Assembly (NCBI GenBank): GCA_037189525.1
Contig: JBBCJC010000005.1
Span: forward strand, 672,001-736,000
Direction of reading: 5' to 3'
DNA length: 64,000 bases
Origin: Gemmatimonadales bacterium
GTDB lineage: Bacteria; Gemmatimonadota; Gemmatimonadetes; Gemmatimonadales; GWC2-71-9
Positions 9,802 through 20,040 of this stretch are shown here, piece by piece (position 1 is the stretch's first letter; each line of letters opens with the position of its first letter). Below the pieces are notes generated by a model. The model did not search any database. It was given only the letters and a program-made list of their open reading frames with translations, and was not told the origin of the DNA. Made by a program: the position numbers and the translations under genes.

Positions 9802-10629
9802 TCATCGCGTCCAGTAGGCCACGGCGCCCGCCAGTTCCCTCCCGGCCCGCCGCCAACTGCCTTTCCAGGTCAACCGAAGCCAGGTGCGCAGATACACCGG
9901 ACGCAGCCGCGGATCGGCCAGGCATTTGGCGTAGTAGGCGCCCCGACCGTGGTCGTAGAGCCGGCGAAGTCTATCGACCTCCTGATCCGATCGGCGATCA
10001 TGGTGATGATAGATCACCGGTCCGGGATCGAAGGCGCCGGCAAATCCGTTGGCCGCCAGCCGCGCAATCAGCTCCACGTCCTCGGCCGGAAACGGTGTCC
10101 CTGCGCCGAACTCCGGATCGAACCCGCCGACCGCCTCGAGCGCCGACCGGCTAACCGTCAGATTCGCGCCGGGCAGGAGACCGGCCGGAACGAAGCTCCG
10201 GGGCGGCACCGGGACCCGGTCGGTCCGCATCACGACGGCAACCGCCGCATCATCCGGTGTAAACGGCAGGAGGCGCCCCCCGATGAAGTGGACGCCCGGC
10301 ACGGCGAGACAACGCCGGACCTGATCGAGCAGGTCCGGCGTCGGATAACAATCGTCGTCGGTGAACAGGATGAGCGGACCGGTTGCTGCGCGCCAACCGA
10401 TATTGCGAGCGGCGCCGAGCCCGACGCCCTCGGTGGTCAGGACGGTCAGGCGCTCGTCCTGTCGGAGCCGCCGGGTGAGCAGCTCGGCGGTCCCGTCCTG
10501 GGACCCGTCGTCGACCACGACCAGGTCCCAATCCGGATCGTGCTGCAGCACCTGGTATCGCTCGAACGTGCCCGCCAACCCCTCTGCGCGATTGCGGGTG
10601 CAGATCACGATCGAGACCCGCTCTACCAT
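9802..10629 (-). CDS. GT2 family glycosyltransferase
   Basis: 'SIVICTRNR', 'VVDDGSQD', 'AARNIG', 'FTDDD', 'VGGFD', 'ED'. Confidence 0.92.
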   Translation of the reverse strand: MVERVSIVICTRNRAEGLAGTFERYQVLQHDPDWDLVVVDDGSQDGTAELLTRRLRQDERLTVLTTEGVGLGAARNIGWRAATGPLILFTDDDCYPTPDLLDQVRRCLAVPGVHFIGGRLLPFTPDDAAVAVVMRTDRVPVPPRSFVPAGLLPGANLTVSRSALEAVGGFDPEFGAGTPFPAEDVELIARLAANGFAGAFDPGPVIYHHHDRRSDQEVDRLRRLYDHGRGAYYAKCLADPRLRPVYLRTWLRLTWKGSWRRAGRELAGAVAYWTR

Positions 10630-10638
10630 CGACCCGAC

Positions 10639-11952
10639 TCAGCCCGCGAGCGGCCTGGAACGACGGGTCAACTGCCACACGGCCGTTGCCAGCACTACGA
10701 CGATCGAAAGGATCAGACCTTCCCGCATCGTCATCCGAGTGGCCAGCAACAGGGTCACGCCCACGCCGAGCGCGGCAAACAGGCCGCCGGCGGGCAGACG
10801 GAAGGACGCTTCGCCGATGGCCGGGTCCGATCCTTCCCGTCGCCGGAACACCGGCAGCGCCAGACAGATCAATCCGTAGGTCGCCAGGCGCGACACCGCG
10901 GACAGCGTCAGGTTCTGGAGGAAACTTCCGCTCAGCGCGAGCATGAGCGAGAAGGCGGCGTAGGCCACGATCGAGATGCCGGGAGTGCGATACTTCGGAT
11001 CGATCTTGGCAAAGATCCGGGGAATGTCACCCTGATCGGCCATGGCGTAACTCAGCCGAGGCACGTTGATCATGCTGGCGGCGAAATAGCCATAGAGCGA
11101 CAGCAGTGCACCAATCGCCATGAAACTGGCCCCTGCCGGTCCGACCAGAACCCGGGCAGCCTCGGCCAGCGGCCGGCTGTGCTGCGCAGGATCACTGAGC
11201 GCGAGACTGGTGACGAGTTGCACCGAGGTATACAGGAGAGCGCAGGCGCCCAGCGCCATCAGCAGCGCGAAGGGCGCATCGCGGCGCGGATTCCGGGCTT
11301 CACCGAGCGGCACCAGCGACGCCTCGAACCCGCCGTATGCGAAGATCAGCAACAGCAGCACTTCGATCCAGGTGCCCGTGGTCGGAGTCGCAACGGCCAC
11401 CGACTCGACCGCGCCACGCCCCGCCACCAGCGCCAGCCCCACCGCGCCGAACAGCACCAGCGGAATGATCTTCGCGAGGATGAGCACGTTGCTCATCACG
11501 GCGCCCTGGCGGACACCGATGTAATTGACCGCAGCGAGCGTCCCGAACAGCAGCACCAGCACGGCCGTTCCCACGCCTGGTGAACTGACCGCCGGAACGA
11601 ACTCCGCCAGATAGATTACGAACAGGTTGGCATTGGTGGCGGTGGCCGTGACTCGCACCAGATACGAGAGCCACCCCATCTGCACGCCCACGAATGGGCC
11701 AAACGCCGCCCGCGCGTAGAGATACGGCCCCCCCGCGCCCGTGAACCGCGACGCCACCTCGGCGGCGCACAACATGATCACGCCGATGGCGACCGCCGCG
11801 ATCACCCATGCCCACCAGGCGGCTCCCCCGACTTTGCCCGCGATCACGGACGGAAGGCCATATACCCCGCTGCCCAGAATGCCGTTCAGCATCAGCCCGA
11901 CCAGGGTCCACCGGCCCAGGCTGCGCACCAGCGTGCGATTCGACTCGGTCAT
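10639..11952 (-). CDS. APC-family amino acid permease
   Basis: 'ILGSGVYGLP', 'AGGPYLY', 'FAYGGFE', about 12 TM segments. Confidence 0.92.
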   Translation of the reverse strand: MTESNRTLVRSLGRWTLVGLMLNGILGSGVYGLPSVIAGKVGGAAWWAWVIAAVAIGVIMLCAAEVASRFTGAGGPYLYARAAFGPFVGVQMGWLSYLVRVTATATNANLFVIYLAEFVPAVSSPGVGTAVLVLLFGTLAAVNYIGVRQGAVMSNVLILAKIIPLVLFGAVGLALVAGRGAVESVAVATPTTGTWIEVLLLLIFAYGGFEASLVPLGEARNPRRDAPFALLMALGACALLYTSVQLVTSLALSDPAQHSRPLAEAARVLVGPAGASFMAIGALLSLYGYFAASMINVPRLSYAMADQGDIPRIFAKIDPKYRTPGISIVAYAAFSLMLALSGSFLQNLTLSAVSRLATYGLICLALPVFRRREGSDPAIGEASFRLPAGGLFAALGVGVTLLLATRMTMREGLILSIVVVLATAVWQLTRRSRPLAG

Positions 11953-13268
11953 GGAATCGGCTTACTCCGCAGGAAGTCGAGCGCCAGATTGGCCATCGAG
12001 CGCACGCCGGTGGGCAGCGCGGCCTCATCGGCAAAGAAGTAGGGCGAATGATTCCGCGGCGCGGTGGCCGGATCCTGACCCTCGGGCAGCACCCCCAGGA
12101 AGTAGTACAGGCCGGGAATGTCCTGCGTAAAGGCCGGAAAATCCTCGGCGCCCGTCACGGGAGGCATACTGGGTTGTACTCCGCCCTTGCCCGCGGTTCG
12201 GGCCAGAGTCGGCGCCATCCGCTCGGTCAAGGCAGGATCGTTGTAGGTGAGCAACCCACCGCCGGGGATATCGATCGTCGCGGTGGCGCCCGATGCGGCC
12301 GCGATCGACGTCACCGTCCGGCGGACCCGATCGTGAATGTTTTTTCGGACCCCCTCATCGAAGGTGCGAATGGTTCCGACCATCACGACACTGTCGGGAA
12401 TGATGTTGCCGCGGTTGCCGCCTTGAATACTCCCGATGGTCACGACGGCAGGCAGCGCCGTGATATCGACCTGCCGTGACACGATCGTCTGCAGACCAAG
12501 CACGATCTGCGCCGACACCACGATCGGATCGACCCCGCCCCACGGCAGCGCGCCGTGAGTCTGGCGGCCCTTCACCACGATGGTGATCCCATCGGGCGCC
12601 GCCATGGCGCCACCCGAGCGGTAGCTGAGCGAACCAAGCGGCCCGGGCCAGACGTGCAGTCCGAAAATGGCGTCGGGACGCGGATTCTGAAGCACCCCTT
12701 CCTTGACCATCAGCGGCGCCCCGCCCTCTTCGCCGGCGGGCGGTCCTTCTTCGGCCGGCTGAAAGATGAATTTGACCGTGCCCGGAATCTGCGCCCGCAT
12801 CCCGGCAAAGATTTCGGCCACGCCCATCAGGATGGCGACATGATTGTCATGCCCGCAGGCATGCATGACGCCGACTTCAGCGCCGTTATAGATGGTCCGC
12901 ACCGTACTCTTGAACGGCAGATCGACCTGTTCGGTCACCGGAAGCGCATCCATGTCGGCGCGCAACGCAACGACCGGACCGGTCCGCCCGCCGCGCAGAA
13001 CCCCGACGACGCCGGTCACACCGACTTCGGTCTGCACCTCGATCCCGAGACTGCGGAGATGCTCGGCGACCAGCTTGGCCGTCCGCACTTCCCGATTGCC
13101 GAGTTCCGGGTGCTGGTGGATGTCGCGACGCCAGGCAATGACCTTGGGCATGACGGCCGCGAGCCGCGTCTCGACCTCACGCGCCAGAGGATCCGTACTG
13201 CTTGATTGCGCCAGGACCGGCTGGCCGGCGGCCAACAGCGCCAAGCCGACAAAGGTTGACCGAACCAC
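11949..13268 (-). CDS. M20D amidohydrolase/peptidase, secreted
   Basis: 'HQHPELG', 'LRADMDALP', 'MHACGHD', 'FQPAEEG', 'AEDF', 'NHSP'; GTG start at 13268 with GGAGGT SD. Confidence 0.92.
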   Translation of the reverse strand: MVRSTFVGLALLAAGQPVLAQSSSTDPLAREVETRLAAVMPKVIAWRRDIHQHPELGNREVRTAKLVAEHLRSLGIEVQTEVGVTGVVGVLRGGRTGPVVALRADMDALPVTEQVDLPFKSTVRTIYNGAEVGVMHACGHDNHVAILMGVAEIFAGMRAQIPGTVKFIFQPAEEGPPAGEEGGAPLMVKEGVLQNPRPDAIFGLHVWPGPLGSLSYRSGGAMAAPDGITIVVKGRQTHGALPWGGVDPIVVSAQIVLGLQTIVSRQVDITALPAVVTIGSIQGGNRGNIIPDSVVMVGTIRTFDEGVRKNIHDRVRRTVTSIAAASGATATIDIPGGGLLTYNDPALTERMAPTLARTAGKGGVQPSMPPVTGAEDFPAFTQDIPGLYYFLGVLPEGQDPATAPRNHSPYFFADEAALPTGVRSMANLALDFLRSKPIP

Positions 13269-13394
13269 GGAACCTCCCTGGAGAGGGGGAGTCAGGATGC
13301 CGAACAGGAAGACCCAGAAAGTACGGCCGGACCGGGCCGATCCCAACCCCGGACACCGTTCTCGCCGGACCCGAAATCCGACTAGATTGCCGGG

Positions 13395-14705
13395 ATGACG
13401 ACGACCGCTCCTGCACCGCTCAATTTCGGCACCGCTGCCGACCTCGACCGATCTCTGTCCAGCATGGTCCATCGGCTGCGCGGATCGGTGATCCTCAAGA
13501 TTGCCGCCGAAGTACGCGCCATGATCGCGGCCGGCAAACCGCTCTGCAACCTGACCGTGGGCGACTTCGACCCGAAGCAGTTCCCCGTCCCCGAGCGACT
13601 ACTCGAAGGGGTCCGGAGCGCGCTGGCCCGGGGCGAGACGAATTATCCCCCGTCCGACGGGATGCTCTCGCTCCGCCAGGCCGTGCTCGACTATGTGGCC
13701 CGCGACCAGGGTGTTCGGTATCCGCTCGAATCGGTGGCCATTACCAGCGGAGGCCGGCCGGTGCTCTACGCCGCCTTCCGGGCCATCGTCAACGAGGGCG
13801 ACACCGTGGTCTTCCCGGTGCCGTCCTGGAACAACGATTTCTACGTCGACATCCTGAACGGAAAAAGCGCCGCCGTTCCGACCACCCGGGCCAGCGGTTT
13901 CCAGCCCACGCTGGAGCAGCTGGCGCCGCACCTGGGCACCGCGTCGCTCCTCTGTCTCTGCTCGCCGGGCAATCCGACCGGGACGGTCATGAAGGCGGAG
14001 ACCATCCGCGAAATCTTCGAGGCCGTGGTCGCCGAAAACGAGCGCCGTACGCGCGAGGGCCGGCGGCTCCTTTTCGTGATCTGGGATCAGATGTACGGCA
14101 CCCTGATCTACCCGCCCGCCGTCCATCACAATCCGCTGGCGCTGGTGCCGGAAGCGGCGCCCTACGTGATTGCCCTCGACGGCATTTCCAAGTCGTTCGC
14201 AGCAACCGGATTGCGACTGGGCTGGATTCTGGCAGCGCCCGCCATCACCGCCCGGGTCAAAGATCTGCTGGGCCACGTCGGCGCCTGGGCGCCACGGCCC
14301 GAACAGATCGCCACGGCCGAGCTGCTCAATGATCCGGCGGCCATTGCGAGCTATCGGGAGACCATTCTGGCGGCGCTGCAGGCTCGTCTCGATGCGCTGT
14401 ACACCGGCTTTACCGCCCTCAAGGACGCCGGACAGCCGGTCGACTGCATCGAGCCGCAGGGCGCCATGTACCTCTCGCTCCAGCTCGATCTGGTCGGCCG
14501 GTCGTTCGGAGACAAGGTGATCCGCTCGAACGAAGACATTCGCCAGCTGCTGCTCGAACACGCCGGACTCGGTGTGGTCCCGTTCCAGGCGTTCGGCCTG
14601 GCGGAAGACTCGGGCTGGTTCCGACTCTCGGTCGGCGCGGTTTCCCTCCGCGACATCGAGGATGCCTTCCCGCGGATCCGGACCATGCTGGCGCAGGTTC
14701 GTTAG
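13395..14705 (+). CDS. PLP-dependent aminotransferase class I/II (aspartate aminotransferase-like)
   Basis: 'CSPGNPTG', 'DQMY', 'GISKSFAATGLRLGW', 'PQGAMY', 'WFRLS'. Confidence 0.92.
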   Translation: MTTTAPAPLNFGTAADLDRSLSSMVHRLRGSVILKIAAEVRAMIAAGKPLCNLTVGDFDPKQFPVPERLLEGVRSALARGETNYPPSDGMLSLRQAVLDYVARDQGVRYPLESVAITSGGRPVLYAAFRAIVNEGDTVVFPVPSWNNDFYVDILNGKSAAVPTTRASGFQPTLEQLAPHLGTASLLCLCSPGNPTGTVMKAETIREIFEAVVAENERRTREGRRLLFVIWDQMYGTLIYPPAVHHNPLALVPEAAPYVIALDGISKSFAATGLRLGWILAAPAITARVKDLLGHVGAWAPRPEQIATAELLNDPAAIASYRETILAALQARLDALYTGFTALKDAGQPVDCIEPQGAMYLSLQLDLVGRSFGDKVIRSNEDIRQLLLEHAGLGVVPFQAFGLAEDSGWFRLSVGAVSLRDIEDAFPRIRTMLAQVR

Positions 14706-14717
14706 GCACGCGAAGCC

Positions 14718-16091
14718 ATGCGGCTGCTCCGCATCATGACCGCCGCCGTGGTGCTCTCCGCACCCGGCGGCGTCGCTGCACAGAGCCCCGCGGGCCTGGG
14801 CGTGGTACGCGGCCGGGTGCTCGACAGCCTGGTGACGGGCAATCCACTCGGCGGCGCGACGGTGGAACTGGTCGAGTTGGCAAGGCAAACCATCACCGAT
14901 ACGCGCGGCATCTTCCGCTTCGACAGCGTTCCGGCGGGCACCTATCTGCTGACTTTCAGTCATCCCGACCTGGCGGCCTTCGGTTTCACGCCCCCGGAAC
15001 GCACCGTTCGGATCGAGCCCGGCATGGGGACGCCGATCCTGCTCGCCACGCCGGCACCGGCCACCGTGTACCACCGCCTCTGTCCCGCCCCGCGAGACAA
15101 GGATACCGGCGTCCTGCTCGGCACCATCCATGAGGCGAGTACCCGCCGGCCACTCGCGGCCGCGATTCGGGGCGAGTGGGTCGTCAACAACCTGAGTCCG
15201 GATGGCAGCATGACCCGCCAGCCACGCGGTGTGCGCGCCGAGTCCGACTCTGCCGGACGCTTTCAGCTGTGCGGCATCCCGACCGATGTCGCGGTGGCCG
15301 TGTGGACCACCGCTGACAGTCGCGACGGCGGGCCGATCGAGGTCCGGCTCGACGGTAAGGAAGTGGGAGTCCGACACCTGACCCACGGTCTGGCTGCCAC
15401 GACCGCTGCCGGACAAGGGCGAGTCCAAGGGACGATCACCGGCGGCGGGCGGCCGGTCGCGCTGGCACACGTCCGGATTCTGGGCCGCGACGGGCACGCG
15501 GAATCCGATGCCGCAGGTCAGTTCGTCCTGGATGGCCTACCCGCCGGATCCCATACGCTGGAAGCGCGCGCGCTGGGCTTCACGCCTTTCCGGCGTCAGA
15601 TCGACCTGGCCTCCGGTGGTCATCTGTCGGTCGAGATGACCTTGGCTCCGGTCGCCCCCGAGCTCCCCGAACTCAACGTCACCGTTTCGGATGCTGCCAG
15701 CGCCCGGAACGGATTCGACCAGCGCCGTCAACGCGGCCTGGGCGGGCACTTCATTACCCGGGACGAGATCACCCGCCGGGGCGCCGTCCGCGTCGAGGAC
15801 ATGCTGCGCACGGCGCCTGGGATCCGGCTCGAGCCGGTCGGGTCGAGCGAGTACCGGATCATCTCGCAGCGCGGCGGACCTGGCGGTGGCGACTCATGCC
15901 AGCCTACCGTTTTCGTCGACGCGTTCAAAGTGCCGCTCGATCCGCAGTTCGGACTTTCGCTTCCGGTATCTCCCGATGAAGTCGAAGGCATCGAAGTCCA
16001 CAACAATACGACGAGCGTGCCGCCGCAGTATCGGCTCGCGAGCGGGAGTTGCGGCGTGATCCTCATCTGGACCCGCCGAGGCCGCTCGTGA
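14718..16091 (+). CDS. Carboxypeptidase regulatory-like domains plus TonB plug-like domain protein
   Basis: Repeated 'G.V.D...G.P..GA.V / TD..G.F' modules; C-terminal 'EVEGIEV...CGVILIWTR'; signal peptide. Confidence 0.75.
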   Translation: MRLLRIMTAAVVLSAPGGVAAQSPAGLGVVRGRVLDSLVTGNPLGGATVELVELARQTITDTRGIFRFDSVPAGTYLLTFSHPDLAAFGFTPPERTVRIEPGMGTPILLATPAPATVYHRLCPAPRDKDTGVLLGTIHEASTRRPLAAAIRGEWVVNNLSPDGSMTRQPRGVRAESDSAGRFQLCGIPTDVAVAVWTTADSRDGGPIEVRLDGKEVGVRHLTHGLAATTAAGQGRVQGTITGGGRPVALAHVRILGRDGHAESDAAGQFVLDGLPAGSHTLEARALGFTPFRRQIDLASGGHLSVEMTLAPVAPELPELNVTVSDAASARNGFDQRRQRGLGGHFITRDEITRRGAVRVEDMLRTAPGIRLEPVGSSEYRIISQRGGPGGGDSCQPTVFVDAFKVPLDPQFGLSLPVSPDEVEGIEVHNNTTSVPPQYRLASGSCGVILIWTRRGRS

Positions 16092-17362
16092 TCGGTCGAC
16101 TTCGGCTGCTGGTAGCTGCGCTCACCCTGCTCTGCGTGGCTCCCATCGAAGCGCAGCAAGACGACGTCTCGGCCGCGGTATTTCAACGTTATGCCCATCG
16201 GACTGCCAAGATCCAGGTCGTCGAGCGCGGATCGGGGGCCAAGGCGTCGATGGGCTCCGCCTTCTTCGTAGCCGCCGACGGGCGGTTGATGACCAACTAT
16301 CACGTGGTCGCCGAGGCGGTCGGTAATCCGCGCTACCGGGTCGAATGGATCGACCAGTCCGGCACTCCGTCCACGGGGCGAATCCTGGCCATCGACGTGG
16401 TTCGCGATCTCGCGGTGGTCGGGACCGATCGTCCTCGCGACGACTTCTTTACGCTGTCGGTGCCCTCCATCGCGCGCGGTACCCGCCTCTACTCGCTGGG
16501 GCACCCGGAGGATCTCGGTCTCAGTATCGTTGAAGGAGTGTACAACGGGCACCTGCAGCACACGCTCTACCCCAAGATCCACTACACCGGTCCGCTCAAC
16601 TCCGGCATGAGTGGCGGACCGGCGCTGACGGCAGGTGGGCATGTCGTGGGAGTCAATGTCGCCACCGCGGGCAACTCGCTCAGCTTCCTGGTCCCGATCG
16701 AAGCAGCCCTTCCGCTGCTGGCGCAGAGCGCGCAGGCCGCGCGCTCATCGGCGCCGCACGATTTCGTCGCGGAAGTCGGTCGCCAGGTGCTGGCGAATCA
16801 GGGAGCGTATCTCGGCGCGCTGTTCCAGGGCAACGACTCCACCATCGTGATCGGCCCGTTCGTGCTGCCGACACAGCCGGCCTCGTTCTTCCGGTGCTGG
16901 GCAGACGCCGAACGTGATCCGGACGCCCTGTACGAAGTCGTCGACCACCAGTGTTCGACCGACGACTACATCTATCTCTCGGGGCGCCAGTCCTCGGGAA
17001 TCGTGTCGCTGTCCCACCGCGTCTTACTGAGCCGAGGACTCAACCCGCTCCGGTTCTACTCGCTCTACACCGCGGAGTTTCAGAGTTCGTACGCCGAGCT
17101 TGGTTTCGGCAGCTCGGCCGACCTGACGACATACCAGTGTTCGGCCGGGAACATTCGCCAGGAAGGCGGCGTGATCCGCACCCGGTTCTGCCTGCGCGGG
17201 TACACCAAGTATCCGGGGCTATATGACGCCGTCATCAAGGCCGCCATGTTGGGCGCCCGCGACGCCGGTGTGGTGAGCCAGCTCACGCTTTCCGGCGTGA
17301 GTTTCGAGAACGCCCAGCGACTCGGGCGGCAGTACCTCGAGCATATCCGATGGTCCCGCTGA
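16088..17362 (+). CDS. Trypsin-like (S1C) serine protease with Cys-containing C-terminal domain
   Basis: Triad motifs 'TNYHV', 'DLA', 'NSGMSGGP'; GTG start overlaps the upstream TGA; signal peptide. Confidence 0.85.
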   Translation: MIGRLRLLVAALTLLCVAPIEAQQDDVSAAVFQRYAHRTAKIQVVERGSGAKASMGSAFFVAADGRLMTNYHVVAEAVGNPRYRVEWIDQSGTPSTGRILAIDVVRDLAVVGTDRPRDDFFTLSVPSIARGTRLYSLGHPEDLGLSIVEGVYNGHLQHTLYPKIHYTGPLNSGMSGGPALTAGGHVVGVNVATAGNSLSFLVPIEAALPLLAQSAQAARSSAPHDFVAEVGRQVLANQGAYLGALFQGNDSTIVIGPFVLPTQPASFFRCWADAERDPDALYEVVDHQCSTDDYIYLSGRQSSGIVSLSHRVLLSRGLNPLRFYSLYTAEFQSSYAELGFGSSADLTTYQCSAGNIRQEGGVIRTRFCLRGYTKYPGLYDAVIKAAMLGARDAGVVSQLTLSGVSFENAQRLGRQYLEHIRWSR

Positions 17363-18333
17363 TCCTCGAAATTACCGACGCGCGGGGCCGGCTCCGGGAA
17401 CGGATCCGGCTCGGCGCCGAGCGCGTCACCTTGGGGCGGGCCTATGACGGGACGGTCGTGCTCGACGATCCGTATGTCGACCCGATCCACCTCGAACTGG
17501 TCTCGCGCGAGGACGGCAGCATCGAGTTTGCCGACCCCGGTTCCCTCAACGGCACCTGGGATACCCGATCCGGCCGCCGCCTCACCGTCGGGCAGATCGT
17601 GCCCGGCCTGGAACTCCGAATCGGGCGGTCCTACCTTCGCGTCATCAGTGCGGACCAACCGGTTCCTCCGGCCATTCCCGATGTGGCCGGCAGAAGCAGC
17701 CCGCGCCATTTGCTGGCGACCCGACGCAGCATCGGCGTCCTGGCGCTGACGGGCTTTCTCGCCGTTCTGGCCCAGTACTTTGCCAGCACCGAACCGATCA
17801 GCCTGATCGACCTGATCACCCCGGCGCTGGCAACGCTGCTGATGGCCGCGATCTGGGCTGCGGGATGGGCCTTCACGAGCCGGGTCGTGTCGCACCGGTT
17901 CCGGTTCCTTGCGCACCTCGCGTGGGTGGCCTTCATCGCCGCGCTCTTTTCGATTGCGGGCTTGGTGTTCGATTGGATCGGATTCTTTGTGCCGAGCGGC
18001 CTGACGGGCTATCTCGAGGCGGCCATCTGGTTCGGGCTGGGTACCTGGCTCCTGGTGGGCCATCTGGAGCTCACGTCGGACCGACCCGCGCGGCATCGCT
18101 GGAGTGTCGCGGCCGGCGTCACGGCCGTCATCGTGGTGGTCGGAACCTTACTGAGTCGGGCAGAAGGCATCGACGACGCCGACTGGACCAGCCGGGACGG
18201 CATGCTCAAACCGGTCTCGGCCCGCCTGATTCCGACCCAAAGCCTCGATCGTTTCTTCGAGCGGACCGAGCGGCTCAAGCACGCGGTGGACGAGCTATCG
18301 GGCTCCCCGTCAGACGCCGCGACCGACCCCTGA
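17350..18333 (+). CDS. FHA-domain membrane protein
   Basis: 'LGRAYD...DDPYVDPIH...DPGSLNGT' FHA motifs followed by about 5 TM helices. Confidence 0.82.
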   Translation: MVPLILEITDARGRLRERIRLGAERVTLGRAYDGTVVLDDPYVDPIHLELVSREDGSIEFADPGSLNGTWDTRSGRRLTVGQIVPGLELRIGRSYLRVISADQPVPPAIPDVAGRSSPRHLLATRRSIGVLALTGFLAVLAQYFASTEPISLIDLITPALATLLMAAIWAAGWAFTSRVVSHRFRFLAHLAWVAFIAALFSIAGLVFDWIGFFVPSGLTGYLEAAIWFGLGTWLLVGHLELTSDRPARHRWSVAAGVTAVIVVVGTLLSRAEGIDDADWTSRDGMLKPVSARLIPTQSLDRFFERTERLKHAVDELSGSPSDAATDP

Positions 18334-18337
18334 CCGA

Positions 18338-19348
18338 TCAGGCGTAGCCGTTGGGGTTGCCCGACTGCCAGCGCCACACGTCGCGGCACATATCGTCGAG
18401 GGTCCGCACCGCTTCCCATCCCAATTCCCGCTGGGCCCGGCTCGGATCGGCCCAGCATTCCGCCGCGTCACCCGGGCGGCGAGCCGCAATCCGGTACGGA
18501 ACCGGGCGATCGGCCGCCCGGGCAAAGGCCTCGACCATTTCGAGCACGCTGTACCCACGACCGGTGCCGAGGTTATAGGTCACGATACCAGGACGAGCCG
18601 CCAGCTTCTCCAGCGCCTTCAGGTGACCCAGCGCCAGATCGACCACATGGATGTAATCGCGAACGCCGGTGCCGTCGCGGGTGGGATAGTCGCCGCCGAA
18701 CACTGCAAGCTCCGCAAGGCGCCCAACCGCTACCTGCGCAATATAGGGTACCAGATTGTTGGGGATGCCGTTGGGATCCTCGCCGATCCGTCCACTGGGA
18801 TCGGCGCCGCTCGGGTTGAAGTACCGCAACAGCGCGATCTGCCAATCCGGCTCGGCGCGATGGAGATCGCGCAGCATGTCCTCGATGAACAGCTTCGAAC
18901 GCCCGTACGGATTGACGGCCGAGAGCGGAAATTCCTCGGTGATCGGAACGCTGGCGGGGTCGCCGTACACCGTAGCCGACGAACTGAAGACGAGCGTCTT
19001 GACCCGGGCGGCGCGCATCGCTTCGAGCAGCACCAGGGTACCGTTGATGTTGTTGTCGTAGTACCGGAGCGGCTGGGCCACCGACTCGCCGACGGCTTTG
19101 AGACCGGCAAAGTGGATCACCGACTCGACCGGGCCGGCCGCGAAGACCCGATCGAGCCCCGCCCGGTCGCGAATATCCACGCGATGGAACGGGATCGGGC
19201 GGCCAGCCAACTCTTCGACCCGGCGCAGCGCCGTTTCGCTGCTGTTGCTCAGGTTGTCGACGACGACGACCTCCTGCCCTGATCGGATCAGTTCGAGTAC
19301 GGTATGACTGCCGATGTATCCCGCCCCGCCCGTCACCAGGATCGCCAT
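18338..19348 (-). CDS. galE: UDP-glucose 4-epimerase
   Basis: 'TGGAGYIGSH', 'HFAGLKAVGES', 'SSSATVYG', 'YGRSK', 'LRYFNP', 'PNNL', 'RDYIHV'. Confidence 0.97.
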   Translation of the reverse strand: MAILVTGGAGYIGSHTVLELIRSGQEVVVVDNLSNSSETALRRVEELAGRPIPFHRVDIRDRAGLDRVFAAGPVESVIHFAGLKAVGESVAQPLRYYDNNINGTLVLLEAMRAARVKTLVFSSSATVYGDPASVPITEEFPLSAVNPYGRSKLFIEDMLRDLHRAEPDWQIALLRYFNPSGADPSGRIGEDPNGIPNNLVPYIAQVAVGRLAELAVFGGDYPTRDGTGVRDYIHVVDLALGHLKALEKLAARPGIVTYNLGTGRGYSVLEMVEAFARAADRPVPYRIAARRPGDAAECWADPSRAQRELGWEAVRTLDDMCRDVWRWQSGNPNGYA

Positions 19349-19504
19349 CTTTTTTCTCCTCGTTGAATACGCCGTTCGGGCCCTGCTGCCGCCCCTCTGG
19401 CGTCAGAAAGGTGCAACGACTGTGCCTGAAAACAACACCGCACGGGCTGGTAGGCGACCCGTGCGGTTTGAAGTTTGGCCAGGTGTTGGAACAACCGGAA
19501 GGAA

Positions 19505-19927
19505 CTACCTGAAATGGGGACAGCCCAACGCCCGCCGCAACACCTCGGGCGCTCGACCTTGGACACGGAACCTACCAACCAGCATTCCGCGGGAGGGACC
19601 TGCAACACACGCAGCGGAAACCGCCGCCGTCGGCAACGCAACGGGCGGGACGAGGGCCCAAACGCCCTCCTCCTCGGCCGCCGGTTCCCAGGCGAGGTCG
19701 TCCGCGGGACCGACTTCGACTAACCGCACTTCGCCGTCCGCACCGACCGGCACCGAAATGACGAACCAGGTCCGGCGCGCCGTAACCGGACAACGACCGA
19801 AGAACCCATGCAGCGCACCGTCCGCCACGGCGATATCGCCGCTGACGGAAATCCGAAACTGGTGTATCGCACCACAGTCGTTGCAGGGAATCGCGGCCAC
19901 GTTCATCATTTCCAGTGGAGCCAGCAT
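19505..19927 (-). CDS. Hypothetical protein with CxxC..H...C (Zn-ribbon-like) motif
   Basis: 'IPCNDCGAIH...GRCPVT'; GAGGA SD before ATG 19927 (alternative start 19978). Confidence 0.5.
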   Translation of the reverse strand: MLAPLEMMNVAAIPCNDCGAIHQFRISVSGDIAVADGALHGFFGRCPVTARRTWFVISVPVGADGEVRLVEVGPADDLAWEPAAEEEGVWALVPPVALPTAAVSAACVAGPSRGMLVGRFRVQGRAPEVLRRALGCPHFR

Positions 19928-19991
19928 ACCATCCTCACTTGGTCGGTGCGCACCGTCGTGATGCGCGCGGACATACATTAGGAATTCTTCG

Positions 19992-20021
19992 CGCAAACAA
20001 CAAGTTGGGAAAAAACCTTGC
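19992..20021. repeat. 30-bp motif, copy 1 (CGCAAACAACAAGTTGGGAAAAAACCTTGC)
   Basis: 29/30 identical to 22704-22733, same orientation. Confidence 0.85.
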
Positions 20022-20040
20022 CGTTCATGCAAGGAAAAAC

